Notes: generated from the letters alone by a model not told the origin. A DNA stretch of 64,000 nucleotides from the human T2T-CHM13v2.0 reference genome, Homo sapiens (GCF_009914755.1 NC_060925.1), one strand, 5' to 3'. Positions 41,702 to 55,757 are shown, counted from the stretch's first letter. Numbers and translations are program-made.

Positions 41702-43846
41702 TTTGGCACTCCGAAGTGAGCATGACTTGCCCTAATGCACAGGAAAAAAATGTGTTCTATAATCCACTTTTAAATGTATGCATCAATGATAGCTTATAAG
41801 ATTTATCCCTGCCAACATTTAATTTAATTAGGTGAGAATTCTTACATTATTTTAGAAACTAGAACTAATTATTGCTATCTTTTAGATGCTTTCTTTGCAA
41901 AGACGTTTATATCCATCTGTCTTCTTTGTAGACTTTGTCAGAACTTGATGGGTTTCTATTTCAAGACAAGCTTTCGCTACATTCTCATTAGCTGCCATTT
42001 ACCTCATTCTCTGGACTCTGTCATTTGGTTAGGATCAGTGCATTCACTTCTCATCTTCTGCATGGCATCCAGACCAAAGTGCTCCTAAGCCCTGTCGTCA
42101 GACCCAGGTGGCCTCACTCGGCCTTACCTTCTCACACGTAGACATTATAGATTGACTCTTTGTTCAGCTTTTTTAAAAAAGTTTCACTCTAGTACACAGA
42201 CCTAAAATGACAATAATTCTTAATACTCTGTAACATGGGTAAGGGCAGTAAGTGGTAGGGCTGGAATTGGAACCTAGATCTTGCCTTTTTCACTTCACAG
42301 CCTTCCTTCTATTAGTTGTTTTTCCAACTGACCCATTTGATCGTTCTACAGTTTTCTGGAGTATTGACGAGCTCCTATGTGTGGTATTGCCTGAGCTTAC
42401 TCATTTGATGTCTGGCAACATTAGGTTCCAATGTGAGAAACGGAAATCTGGTGTCTCTAAGGTCCATGCAGAGCATACTTTGAGAATGAGCCTTGTGAGA
42501 CTGTAGTATCCAAAGCATTCTGTATTTCATGTAGGCAGAGTTTAAGATGTGAGATCAAAGAACAACACTACTTGTTGGATAAAATAATAACATTTGGATG
42601 TTTCCAAATGATTTTCTTAAAAAATGTAATTAATAAATGGAACTGGGCTTTCATTTCCTAAATAAATATTTCATAAAGTGATTGCACAAGCCTTTCTTTG
42701 CATTTTGCACTACTGAAGGTTGGTCAAACATGTTGAATATGCAGCAATAATGAGATCTGTCATCCAAAATGGTAATTTTGCTTGAAGTCATGTTTTCTTT
42801 AGAGTCCTTGTTATTTAAATAAATTCACTTATCCTCATGCTAGGCTTGATGCATTTTATTTTTACTTTACTTTTTAAAAATGGCAACAATTTAAAGAGAA
42901 TTTTGTAGGATAAATTATGAGGTTCTTATTGTACAGCACATCTTTTTAGTCTCACTAAATCTTTCTGAACATACATAATCCATATCTGTATAGAAATTGC
43001 AGAATTTTTTTCAAAAAAGCACAGAAAACATGAATCTAATTTGAAGTTGGCTAAGTATCTGAAATAAAATATGAGAAAAACAAAAGTATGCAGTTAAAAC
43101 TAGAACCTAAACTTTAGCTGAAAACTTTGGGGTTTTCTGAAAAGGAAATGTCAAAGTTGCAAGTAAGCAAAAAATTATTTAATCTACACAATGTCACTTT
43201 AAACAAATAGTTATTTAAAAAAATAAAGATGATGAAGAAGAAAACAAATTAAAAAAGACAATTGAGTATCTTTCCAGAGATTTTATTTATCCTAGAAGAG
43301 AAATGCCCCTTATCTTTATACCCATGAAGCTAACTTCATAACATTGCACAAAATTTTTTTAAGAAAAAAAATTAGCCTCATGGACTGTGGTATATAATTT
43401 TCCAATGTGTTATTTCTCAAAATAGTAACATCTTAAAATCTATACAATAAACTTCAGATTATTTCCAAACAAGGGCCATGGTCAGAATAAGTTAGTAGAG
43501 AAACTTCTTTGATTCTTTTATAAGAAATTATGTTGGGAATATTAAATGCTTGGCATACAAGTATTTAAAGTAGACAAATGCATATCTAAATTGACCTTTA
43601 AGTGGATATTAATATTTTTGTTATACAAATATAAAAAGAAACTCACCTAGGGTTTCTTCTTTTAATAAAATTACAGAAAAAGCAATTTATATATAAATGT
43701 ATTTGAGTGTCTCTAAAGTGGAAAAGAATTGTGTAGCTCAACAATGCATCCATTTTAAGCAAGTCCAAGACATTCCATGAGCTTGTGGAATGATATTTAA
43801 GATTTTGCTGAAATGGATTTCTACAAAGCCCTTGTTCACTTTTCCC

Positions 43847-43870
43847 TGTGTGTGTGTGTGTGTGTGTGTG
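43847..43870. repeat. (TG)n microsatellite
   Basis: Direct read. Confidence 0.97.
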
Positions 43871-44269
43871 CGCAATTTTAAAGAGATTTAATCACAGTGA
43901 GTCTGATTAATTTACTTTCCTCTCATCAAAATGCTATTTAGCAAGAGTTGGATATTTGATAGCCAGTTATCTATGCTGGACCTTTTTCTTTGTATGGGGA
44001 AATGCGCATTTTGCCAAAATTAAATGGAAATCAAATATCAAGAATATGTCAGTAAGTGAGTTCCAAAGCTATAAATAAATTACGGTTGTGGTCTGAAATT
44101 CATTCCTACTGCTTATTCTCTATACATTATGCCGGAAGTTTCACTCTAGATACTTATTGAGGGCAGGGCTGGATTAGACTCCAGAAAAAATCAGGGACAG
44201 CGGGTGGTCTGATTCAAATGAGCAGCTCCAGGTCATTTTTCATACATTAATTAAAAAAAATCAACTTAA

Positions 44270-44450
44270 AGAGACTTTGTCATGGCCTAGATATTGCTCT
44301 AAATACTTTACACATGTGAACAAGTTTCCTACCAAGTAGATGATGAAGGTCACATTATATAACCCATTTTACAGAGGAGGAAGTGTTAAGTAACTTGCTC
44401 ACGTCCATCTAGCTGTTAAGTGGCAGAGCTGAGTTTCAAACCCAGGCAGC
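44270..44450 (-). mobile_element. MIR
   Basis: CCCATTTTACAGAGGAGGAAGTGTTAAGTAACTTGCTC...AGTGGCAGAGCTGAGTTTCAAACCCAGGCAG. Confidence 0.85.
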
Positions 44451-44579
44451 GAGGTTTTCCCAAAAGAAGTCCTTGAGAAAACTATTAATATCCATTTAAA
44501 GGTCCATTTTAGATATGCATTTGTTTAGTTTAAATAATATTTGTATGCTAAGCATTTAATATTCCTAACATGATTTCTT

Positions 44580-44590
44580 TTTTTAATCTC

Positions 44591-44630
<40 letters not shown>

Positions 44631-44706
44631 CTTTAAATTTTAGGGTACATGTGCACAATGTGCAAGTTAGTTACATATGTATACATGTGCCATGCTGGTG
44701 CGCTGC
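44580..44706 (-). mobile_element. Very short 5'-truncated young L1 (L1PA2/3-like) 3' tip with (TTA)n tail
   Basis: (TTA)n-TACTTTAAATTTTAGGGTACATGTGCACAATGTGCAAGTTAGTTACATATGTATACATGTGCCATGCTGGTGCGCTGC; possible short TSD TTTCTT. Confidence 0.93.
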
Positions 44707-44921
44707 TTTCTTATAGAAGAATCAAAGAAGTTTTTCTACTCAATTATTCTGACCATGGCCCTTGTTTGGAAATAATCTGAAGCTTATTGTAGAGATTTTA
44801 GGATGTTACTCTTTTGGGAAATAACACATTGAAAAACTATATACGACACACAGTAAATTAGGCTTATGTCTTTTTTTCTTAATAAATTGTTGTGCAATGT
44901 CATGAAGTTAGCTGCATGGGC

Positions 44922-45002
44922 ACTTCTTTTGGGGAAGCCCCACTGCCTGGGTTTGAAACTCAGCTTTGCCACTTAACATCTATATGGCCATGAGCAAGTT
45001 AC
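44922..45002 (+). repeat. Inverted copy of 44390-44470 (MIR segment plus flank)
   Basis: 81-bp ungapped alignment to the reverse complement, 9 mismatches by manual count. Confidence 0.93.
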
Positions 45003-45344
45003 ACTAATCTAATTCTTAGATTAGGTTAATGATGCCCAAATTTGCTTCTTTAGTGAAGGGATTACAATAGGAGCCTCATAGAGTCTACTCAGCAGCATGG
45101 AGGTGTTCATTTGACCTGAGGCATGCTGAAAAGTGGTTAGTAATTCCAAAGAAAACAAGTAGCAAGGATTTAATAAATTCAGGACTCACGAGCCTTTTCT
45201 GGAGCTGCCTTTTCCTTGCATCGACACCTTCTCATGTGGGTGCGTATAATCAGCACAATCTTTTACATTACTTCCCACAATTTCAAATGTGTAGCAGACA
45301 TTCCAATGTACCCAAAATTGTGCCCATTTTAGGAATCTAGACAA

Positions 45345-45560
45345 TTCTAGGCCTAGAATATGGAATCTGCATGACTTGAGACCATGCACAACTACTTACT
45401 ACCTGGTGCTTTTGGCCAAGTCATTCAACTTTGATAAACTATAATTTACCATCTGCAAAATGGGGATAATGGGAGCAACTACATCATCACCTTTTTTTGT
45501 GGATCAAAGGAGAGACCATAGGTAAAGAACCTCAAAATGATAAGCATGCAATACTATTTA
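45345..45560 (+). mobile_element. MIR
   Basis: CTACTTACTACCTGGTGCTTTGGCCAAGTCATTCAAC...CATCTGCAAAATGGGGATAAT. Confidence 0.8.
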
Positions 45561-48500
45561 CATGAGGACATTTCCATGAAGTAAAAATGTTTGCATGGAG
45601 CCACCAGGTGAGAAAGAAACATGGAGAAAATAGCTTGTGGTCTATTTTCTCTGAGCTGCAGAATGAACTCATGTCTAGATCCTAAAGGAAAACACCAGTT
45701 CCAGGAGGCAGTCTGTGAAAACACAGGGCTCACTCAGTTTTATGTAGGGCAATACGTAGCATGACTTGGAGGACAGAAGAATTTCCTCATTGCTTTAAAA
45801 CAGGGAGGGCAATAAGAAGCCCAGAAACTTTTGGGAATCTCAAGGCTGGGCAGAGGGTAATCATGCCCTTGGTGCGGACATTGGCTTTTCTTACCGAGAC
45901 AGAGGCTGTTGTTGATCATAGGAAGATTGCACCTTCCAGGGACTTTAAGTACCAAAAGGGAAATGTGGAGGAAGAAGGGAAGGAATGAAAATACATTAGT
46001 GTGAAGTACACAGAAGACTCTCCTCTGGGTTTTCTAGAAATAGTAAGTTGAAACCTTGAGGGAAGCAAGCTGAAATCCTTTTTGTAAATGCACATACATG
46101 TGTACACATGCGATAGTGACCCTATTAATACCTACTTTGAGGCTTGTAAAAGAAACTTGGGTTATATTGGGTATTAATTTTGTCATTCTAACTACATTAT
46201 AATGTCTTCAAATGGAAACCTATTTTATGAGAAGCCTCTAGTACATAGCCCAACATGTAGATAATCGATCATTATTTTCCCCCTCAGTGCTTTGCATAAT
46301 TAGTGATCCTAGAACCACCTCTGGACTTAGGTGAATCTCCCAGTGATATGTTATCATCTTTGACTTTCTTAAGCTTGATTTTTTATTGTGTATTTTGTAC
46401 ACCTCTGATCAATTGTTGAGGAATAAATGTTTCAGGTTCTTCCTCAACCTCTCACCCTCAGCTTTCTAACCTGTTTCTTTATCATTTTGGTAGAGTTTCT
46501 TTTTGCTTTTATACAATCAAATAATTTTTTTCTGTATTATATAATATGTGGTCTAACATAAGTGTCTCTAATGTTGTATAAAAAAATTCTTGAACACAGA
46601 AATTTCCAAAACAAACAAATGACTATGTAAGGTTTGTATGGATAAATTCTATTTCATTTTTTATTAGGCTGAAATAATTAAAATAAAAATTTTGAACTGA
46701 ATGTATATAAAATGCTTACATAAGTAATATTTTTGGTTTTTTTTCTATGTGAAAAATTATGATAGAACTTTTCAAATGCCTTGGCAAACATTCACTGGGG
46801 TGGAGGGGGAATATGACACAATTAGAAATAATTGTCTTCCAAAACTTTTTCTCTAAACACTGGGAAAAATTATAATATTATGAATTTTAGGTATAATGAA
46901 ATCCATAAGAATAAAATTTTAAAAGAGAAGAACAAAGAAAAAGAGGAGGAGGAAAAGGCAGAGAAGGAATTAGAGGATTTCATATACAAAAGCTGTTTAA
47001 GATATATATATTACAAATTTCTGTAATGTTATGAGAATTGTTTTATAGGATCACATATTGTCAAGAGAATTCAAAACCTGCTTTTTCTTTGTTTGATTGT
47101 ATATTTAAAAACTCAATATTTTTGCTGGGATTTTTCAGACCATAAAAAAATGCAAAAATTCTTTCCCTACTGGAATGCCTCTGCTTAACCCATTTTTCTA
47201 CATCCTTTCTTCTTGCATTTATAACTGGATCACACCAAACCAGAATATGCCCCACAATACATCCAAGAAATACAGTGATAACATAGGTTCACCCATATCT
47301 TTGTTACTTCGTTGGCCTTAGTTTTCGGTTGTGCCTGCTCCCCCTCCCCTTTGTTGGCAAATAGATCAATTTGAGGTGTCTGCTTTATTTCTCACAAGCA
47401 TATGTAAGCATTTATTTATGGGTTTTCTCTTAATGCATTCCATATTAGAAAAGGCCAAGAGTACAACATTTCTTTAAAAATTCAAATTTCTTGAGAAACA
47501 AGGAGGAGGTGAGGGGGAGGGAGTGTTAACTTGGCAGACTGTGTTTAAAATATTTTGCAAGAGGAGCCCCCTGAGGAGCTGTCCATTAAACTCCCACCAT
47601 TTTGCTGTGAGTAGTGAATGTTTTTCCTGGCTCTGAATTTATGTGATTCTTAAATGTTCTCACAGGTTGAAACAAAAAAGAAATAACTGAATGTATACTT
47701 GACTATTCCTGACTAAATTATCTCTATTTATTACAAAGAGAATTTGTTTCTTGCTTGAACTTCATACTTCCTTTTATTTTTCTTAGAGAAAGCATAATAT
47801 GTGGATAAGTTTTAACACTAGTCCTCTAAGAGTATCAGAAGGAACATTACATTTATGCCACGATTTTTTTCTCTTGTCTGCATTTGCCTGATTTTGGAGT
47901 GCTATTCACAGTCGCAGGAAAGCAGTTACGTCTTTGAAAAGCACAAAATAAATTCTGTTCACTGAGTGGGTAATTGTTCAAGGTCATCCATTTATTGTCT
48001 TTGTCTTGATTGTTTGAATTAGTAGCTAATAATGGTGCTGAAATGTGAATGAATTATTAGCAATGGGGCATATTTTGGGGAGTGTCAGGAAATATTACAG
48101 GGCAATTAAGGTTATCCAATAGCAAAGCTGTGTTCCCAGCAGATGTCTTGTAATTACTGTGTTTAAGGAGTGTAAGGCTTAAACTAAGATTACAGCTTTT
48201 ATATTGTCTGCCTTTAGAAGTCATATTTGGAATTTATTCAGTTTATTCTCCTGCCCTTTCCCTTTTGTTCTGATTCTGTCACTTACGTTTTCATTTAAAC
48301 ATAGTCTTTTTATGAATTAAAATAAGTATCAGCAGATGGTATGCAGTATAGATGCTTATAAAATAGGAAAATGATTGCAGAGACATTTAAAATGACTATT
48401 GATAAATAATTTATATTGATATTATTTGTTACTCACTTTTTAATTTCTGGAATTCAAATATTTTTAAATCTCAAATAGTTTCACAACCTGGCATTTATGA

Positions 48501-49871
48501 AAGTGTTGCCCCAATTTATTCATACTTACCAGGGTGGTAAAAATCATTCAAGAAATGTTGAGTTACATATAATCTGGAAGCTTCTAAGTTTTAAGGGCAA
48601 CACTCATTGCACACTTAATTTCTTCTTTCAACATTGACCTGTCACAATTGTTGTTGTTTCATTAAGTTTATAAAACATATTAAAATACGTGGAGTAAAAA
48701 TTGTTATGTCTCTAATAATAAGTATTTTTGATTTGCAGATAGAGCTTTAGGAAACAGCACTGCATGCATTATTCACATCTGCTGTGAGTATACTTGACAC
48801 AGCTGCAGTGGAGAGATGCTTGAAAAACATACTGTAAAATACACTCGGTTTCCTCTTATTGACATATTTAGCAGAACAAGGCTAATTGGACTATTCCAAA
48901 AAAGTACTCATGATCAAATCTGAAAGTTGATGTATTCGATCAACTCATAAATTATTAGAGGAGAAAGAGAATGGGTGGAAGGGGGGGATACCTAGCAAAG
49001 TGTCCTTATTTGTAGATTGCTATCTCTCGTGAACTATATAGAAATTTTAAAAGAACTAAAAAAGAAAATAAATAAAGAATGAGCATTAAGGTAAAAAAAA
49101 GTCAAGCGTTAAAATCTATAGGTCTCTAGCTTACAATTATTAAGACTTTCTCAGTTTTGTATTCTCCATAGAACTGAATAGATTATCTTGCTAATAAAAA
49201 TGCCACTATTAATAACACCTATGAGACCTTGGATTTTCATATTGTATTTAATTTCAACATATTTGGGAGATACTAGTTAGGGCTTTGCTAATAATTTTTG
49301 AATAAATAATTTCAAACATAAGTTTTCTATAACTTTTGGAATAATTTTATGAGTCATTGGAAGCCTTAAAACAATTGGTTGCCGAGTCTTGAATTTCTCC
49401 TTATAAATGGCAAATCATGAAAACATTTTATAGTTAGAACATTTTGGTCACTATCTTTGATAGACTCATTATGAATATTAACAGTAAATAGGCATACATA
49501 TTTATGCAATTTTAAAATATTTTGTTTAAAATTCAACAAGCAATTCTTGCATACTTACTCTTTGTATGCATTGTGATAAACATTCACAGAAGTATGCCTC
49601 TGAGTAAGACACAGATTCTCCTCTCAAGGAAAAAGGGAATTTTGTTTTGTGGACCAGATAGGTGTAAGGTACATACTGTGACCCAAAACAAAATGTTGCT
49701 AGTGTTATAATAAAAACACAGTGCACAGTGGCAACACAAGAGGAAAAATGGTATGTCAATGCAGGTGATTGGAGAAGTTTTCCTGGGCCTTTAGCATTTT
49801 GTGTATGAAAAAAATAGGAAATAAGTTAGGTCAAAGAGGGAAGAGCAAATGATAGGAACTCTGGGCCAAGA

Positions 49872-50380
<509 letters not shown>

Positions 50381-50928
50381 GAGAAATGGATGGAAGTGTA
50401 AAGGGGTTGTCTTATTTAGAGATGAGAAAATAATCTTTAATTGCCAGGGTGTAGATTTATAGCACTGATTAATAATGAAATAAACTCTAGTTAGGTTGGA
50501 GTTAGACTAGACAGGGCCTTAAATGTCACACAGAGGAGTTTAACGTGATCAATCAGTAGTTGTTTTGGGCTTTTGAACAAGAAAGTGAATGACCAGATCT
50601 GTTATTAGGAGATAATTTTGGAAGCTCTGTGAAAGATGGAATTAACGGGAAAGATTGGTGATAGAAAAATCAGCAGGAACCTTATTGCAATAGCTCAGTT
50701 TAGTGACAAAAGAGTCCTAGAAACCAGTAATTGTGTACTTTACCATTTTTTTATTTGCTCATTTTATCTTCTCTCTCCTCCTCCACCCCTTTGCTGTCAA
50801 TAACCCAAGAACAACAAGAAAAAAATCTCAAAAACTAATATGTGTTAGTTTTTAAAAATTCAATAACTCAAAATAATAATAAAAACTCTGGCCCCCAGGG
50901 ACAAAAGAGGGAGAGGGGACACTGAACT

Positions 50929-51190
50929 GTAATTTAAACACAAATTTTGATACAATTTTATTGAAAGGAGGGAGATAATAGAAATAAAAATTTTTACCAA
51001 AATAAAATAGAAAAATATTCCTTTCTCTTTCTTCAGTCTTCATATTACAAAATAATATGTATCACTGATACCAATGACTTATTTTTATGCACCATTAAAA
51101 TTAGCACTTCTTCACCATGATACCAAATTCTCTCCACTCCTCTCTCCCTCCTCTCAATAAAATTGTATCAGAATTTTGTATTTAAATTAC
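50929..51190. repeat. Inverted repeat pair, ~48-bp core arms, ~167-bp spacer
   Basis: 50929-50975 vs reverse complement of 51143-51190: 3 mismatches and 1 gap by manual alignment. Confidence 0.92.
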
Positions 51191-52060
51191 CACTTCAGTC
51201 TTCACCCCTCAACTTTTTAAAAGTTGTGTTATATTGTTTACTTCTGAACCAAGTCATTTACTAAGATTTGCACCCTTACCCAAATAACTCTTTGTTTGTA
51301 CTGGAGTTAATACTCGTCTCTTCTTTTTCATAAATTGCTACATTCCAAACAATAAAATACCTATGGAAATTGTTTTGTTTATGTTTGCTTATGGTCAGTC
51401 TCACCAGGTAATGTGTCATGAATTCATTGGTTCCTTTTTTGTTTCCTGGAGACATTCATTCCTTAGTCTTCATGCTCTCAATAGCCTTGGGGTTTCTAGA
51501 CTTGAAGAATGGCTGATGTCTTAGGATTTCCCTTCAACATTATTCCAGGAATTCTTTTCAACCTCTCCTGTGTTGTAATCATTTTTCATTAATCCTATGT
51601 CTTGTTTATTTATTCCATTATTTTGGTGATGTATATCTTCCTACAGAAGGGTGTATCACAAATACATATTTTTAGATCTAACCTATCTGTAAGTTGCTTT
51701 ACTTAATCTGTGTCTTCTGATTAATTTTTTAAATGGAGCATAGAAGTCTAGGTTGGAATTAATTTTCTTTCAGAAGTCTAAATGTTGTAACTCCCATATG
51801 TGATCTTCTTTATCTTTGTAGAAGTTTTTAGCATCAAATATTTGTATGCATTGTACAATTTCAGAATGATATACTTTTGAATATGTTTTTATTCATTTAT
51901 GATGTTGACTCTTCAGTGTGCATTTTTCTTTATTTATTTAGCAAATATTATTGGATATTGTCAATACGCTAGATACTGTTCTAGATGTTAGGGAAAAAAA
52001 GTGATCTATATTCTGAAGTCCTTGGAAATTTCATTCAATTATTTCTTGTATTATTTTTAA
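51000..52060 (-). mobile_element. Very old L1M/HAL1-like ORF1-region fragment
   Basis: T-rich strand; GCATAGAAGTCTAGGTTGGAATTAATTTTCTTTCAGAAGT resembles the antisense L1 ORF1 'QPRILYPA' region. Confidence 0.55.
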
Positions 52061-52069
52061 GATTCAATG

Positions 52070-52557
52070 GCTGTGGGATGTAAAGAGATCCCCAGAGAGA
52101 GTACAGAGTAGGAAGAAGACCTTGAAGACAACAATAAGAGGAAAGGAAAATCATCAATTAGAGGTTGATAGAAAATATCAGGTAAGTAAAATGAGACTCA
52201 TTCATTTACTCAGACACTCATCCAACCTCACTCTTGGGAGCCTGTGGTTTCTGTTGCACATGGCTCCTGCAGTTCATAGAAGCGAGCCACTTCCCTGTTG
52301 CTCTCTCCCTTGGGCAATAGCAGAGTGCCTGTGGTCATGGTGTGCTCACTTGGCCCCTTGGCCCATCTCTAGCTCAACCCTAGGGATAGTGGCTAGTCCA
52401 TATATCTGTATTCCCGTGTTTCTTAACATTATTTTACTGCTGCTTGCAAATCCCTCATTACTTCAAACCTCTGTTACAGTTAAAAAAAATTCTCATAAAC
52501 TTCTTTGTTCAAATTACCATGTGTTTTTACTCTCTTGATGGGATCCTAACTGATTCA
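52070..52557 (+). mobile_element. ERVL solo LTR, LTR33-like
   Basis: 3' end TAAACTTCTTTGTTCAAATTACCATGTGTTTTTACTCTCTTGATGGGATCCTAACTGATTCA; CCCTAGGGATAGTGGCTAG. Confidence 0.6.
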
Positions 52558-52559
52558 CT

Positions 52560-52710
52560 GGATAAATATAAATCAAATTATAAACATGTATAAAATTATT
52601 ATACCCCCCAGATTATATTAATGTTAGTTATCTTTGGATATATTGTCATTATATTGCTTATCTGCATATTCTAAGTCCTTACAATAAAAATATATTTTGT
52701 GATAAGAAAA
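52560..52710 (+). mobile_element. L1ME-type 3' terminus fragment
   Basis: TATTAATGTTAGTTATCTTTGG...TGCTTATCTGCATATTCTAAG...TATTTTGTGATAAGAAAA. Confidence 0.55.
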
Positions 52711-54885
52711 CCATCAACATACTTTTCTTAATGCCCAAATAAATTGTTTTTTATCCACCTGTAGACAGTAAAGAATGACCTGCAATTACCTGCAATTACT
52801 CAGTATGATTTAATTTGGCTCTTTGTGCCTTGTTCAAATACTGTGTAATGAACTTAGAGATAAATAACCAACAGAAAACTCAGAGTTTTGGTACCGTTTC
52901 CAGTACAAATTCATGATCCAAAGTAATTTACTGATGCATTAATGTTCATGGAACATTGCAAGAAATTATTTTCAGAAGTAAGGCAGGTAGACAATAGAAG
53001 TGTTAAGGTTTCAGCTTTCCCATTACATGAAATAATCTTCCTTGTCTAAAACTTTATTGGTTCCCACATCTAATGTATACTTACAGAGATCGGAGGGAGG
53101 GTTATTTAAACCTTTTTGACATCCGAATTTGAATTTTAGTTGTCATCTTATAAAAATCAGACATTGTATTGATCAGAAGTAATCTAATTGGAAAAGGTCC
53201 ATCATTTTAAAATTTAACTTCTCTTGATATTTTTCTGTATGTACCGGATCACAGGAATTCTGAAATGAAAATGCTCTTACTTCAATAGAGAACCTTAGGT
53301 AAGCTAGGTAGTTACACTAAAGGCCAGTAGAAGGGCTAGGGAACGCACAGTGAAACTGGAGTAGTTCTCTTAAAGTTTGATTTAGACTGTAAAGTGGTTT
53401 CTAAAAATTGCAATTTTCTTTTTCTCAGAAAATACATAATTTTCACCTTTAACTTGACTCAAAGTTAACTTGCAGTTATAGCTTTGACATTAGTAAAATC
53501 CTGCACTACTATTATTTTTAAAGCACTATTGCAAAAACTTAATAAATACCATATTCTATATTTTATTTTGCAATAAAATAGAAAATTTCATCATATGCAT
53601 TTAATTGTTTCACTATTTCTTAAAATAATAGTTTCACATAATGTTAAAGTATAACTGTAGTATGTTAGCAGTTAATCTTGCCTTTCCTGGTTCAACCTAA
53701 AATTTCTGCCCTGGAAAAACAATTTAGCAGGTTTTTATCAGTGTACTAGATGGTTGGCTCAGAATGAAGCAAATGTGTGTACTAGGAATAAAACACAAAT
53801 TAGAAATGTTACACACAATTAAAATTATAAGACACAGAAAAAGGACTAAATCAACTTTGTTTAACATATCATTGTGTAATATTATGTATGAAATATATAG
53901 GCTTGGTATGGAAAATCAGGTAGACAACTCAGGTTTATTTTATGAAGTATTGTCAAACATGAGCTGCTCTTGAGAATATTGAAACTCAGATTGGAAGCAT
54001 TGCCAGAGAGACCACATACTTGATAGGAACAGTTTTCTTTTCTTCTTTTAAATTTGATTAGTAATTTTGATATTTTCAACTTCATAACATCGGAAACATC
54101 ATTCAAAATATTCATGAAGATATTAGAATTCCTTCTTCTGGAATAGGAACACATTTATTTTCAGCCTTAAGTAGCTCATTTTTAGTTATTGGTCTGATTT
54201 TCCTAAATTTAGCATAATAATATCTTGTCCAATCCGTTGTCATAATAGAAAAGATCATTTTATGTGCGATTTTGGTTAGCTTCTGGTTTGCTTTGTCAAA
54301 TTTAGAACCACTTGAACATCGTGGTTTCTAAATTTAGTCAAACCCTTTGAGCTTTAAGTTCCGTTTGGCGCTGGCTGAACATGAACTGCTGCTTTGAAAA
54401 AAAAATTCTCTTGGCACTATCAGAATCTAGATGTGTGCACTGCACAGACCTCCTCTTATTTAAAAGAAATACATTCACTTTTATTTGAAAGTTGAGAGCT
54501 CCAAGAGGATAAATAATAAAATGAGAAACTTGAAAGAAATAGGTCATATTTTAAAAGAGCTCTCAAGCAGAATTAGGCCTTTGGGTTTAGGGCCTAAACC
54601 CAAATATTATTTAAAAGAGAGAGAGAGTCCATTTCAGTTATTTTAAAATGTAGTGATTTAATTTATCTCAGGAAGTTAAAGCAAACTCTGTCCATTATGT
54701 TGCCATTAGTTTGGTGTTACTAAGAAGGAACTTGTTGAAGTATTTTATTTTTCATTAAAGACAACTTATTTCCACACTGTAAGGGATAATCAGAATATAC
54801 ATCCCTCAAAGTCAGTGGGTTAATTTTATTTTTCACACTTGTACAACAAATTTAACATAGAATGATAATTAAAATTAACATTTAT

Positions 54886-55420
<535 letters not shown>

Positions 55421-55724
55421 ACTATGCAGTAACTCAGTAGCCTGGATGAAATCTAAAGGCAACGATGTTCAGGGATCCAAGTTTCCCCACATTCTGTCCA
55501 CATCAAGCAAGTTAGCCTGTGTTTACGTAGCAAAGATTTTTTTTTCTCAACTTGTGCACTCACTCTTTAGACACATGTACAGAGAGCTTATGTAAAACCT
55601 GCCACACATAGTGTTCAAATTGTGACATAACACAAGGTTGTAAGCTCCTAGACGTTTTCTAAAGGAATCTCACTTGTCTCTTAAACTGAACATTCTGTCA
55701 ACTTGCTTGAAACTTTCTGGGAAA

Positions 55725-55757
55725 ACACACACACACACACACACACATACACACACA

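Noticed and set aside
41534-41719. Tyr/Ile/Cys-rich ORF
   Set aside because: It is a translation of the AT-rich minisatellite.
45186-45389. Minus-strand ORF ending at a GTGAGT donor-like site (45189)
   Set aside because: No recognisable protein similarity, no good polypyrimidine acceptor, and its 5' part overlaps a MIR.
52122-52538. 138-aa ORF
   Set aside because: Lies within an LTR33-like solo LTR, has a non-ATG start and no domain.
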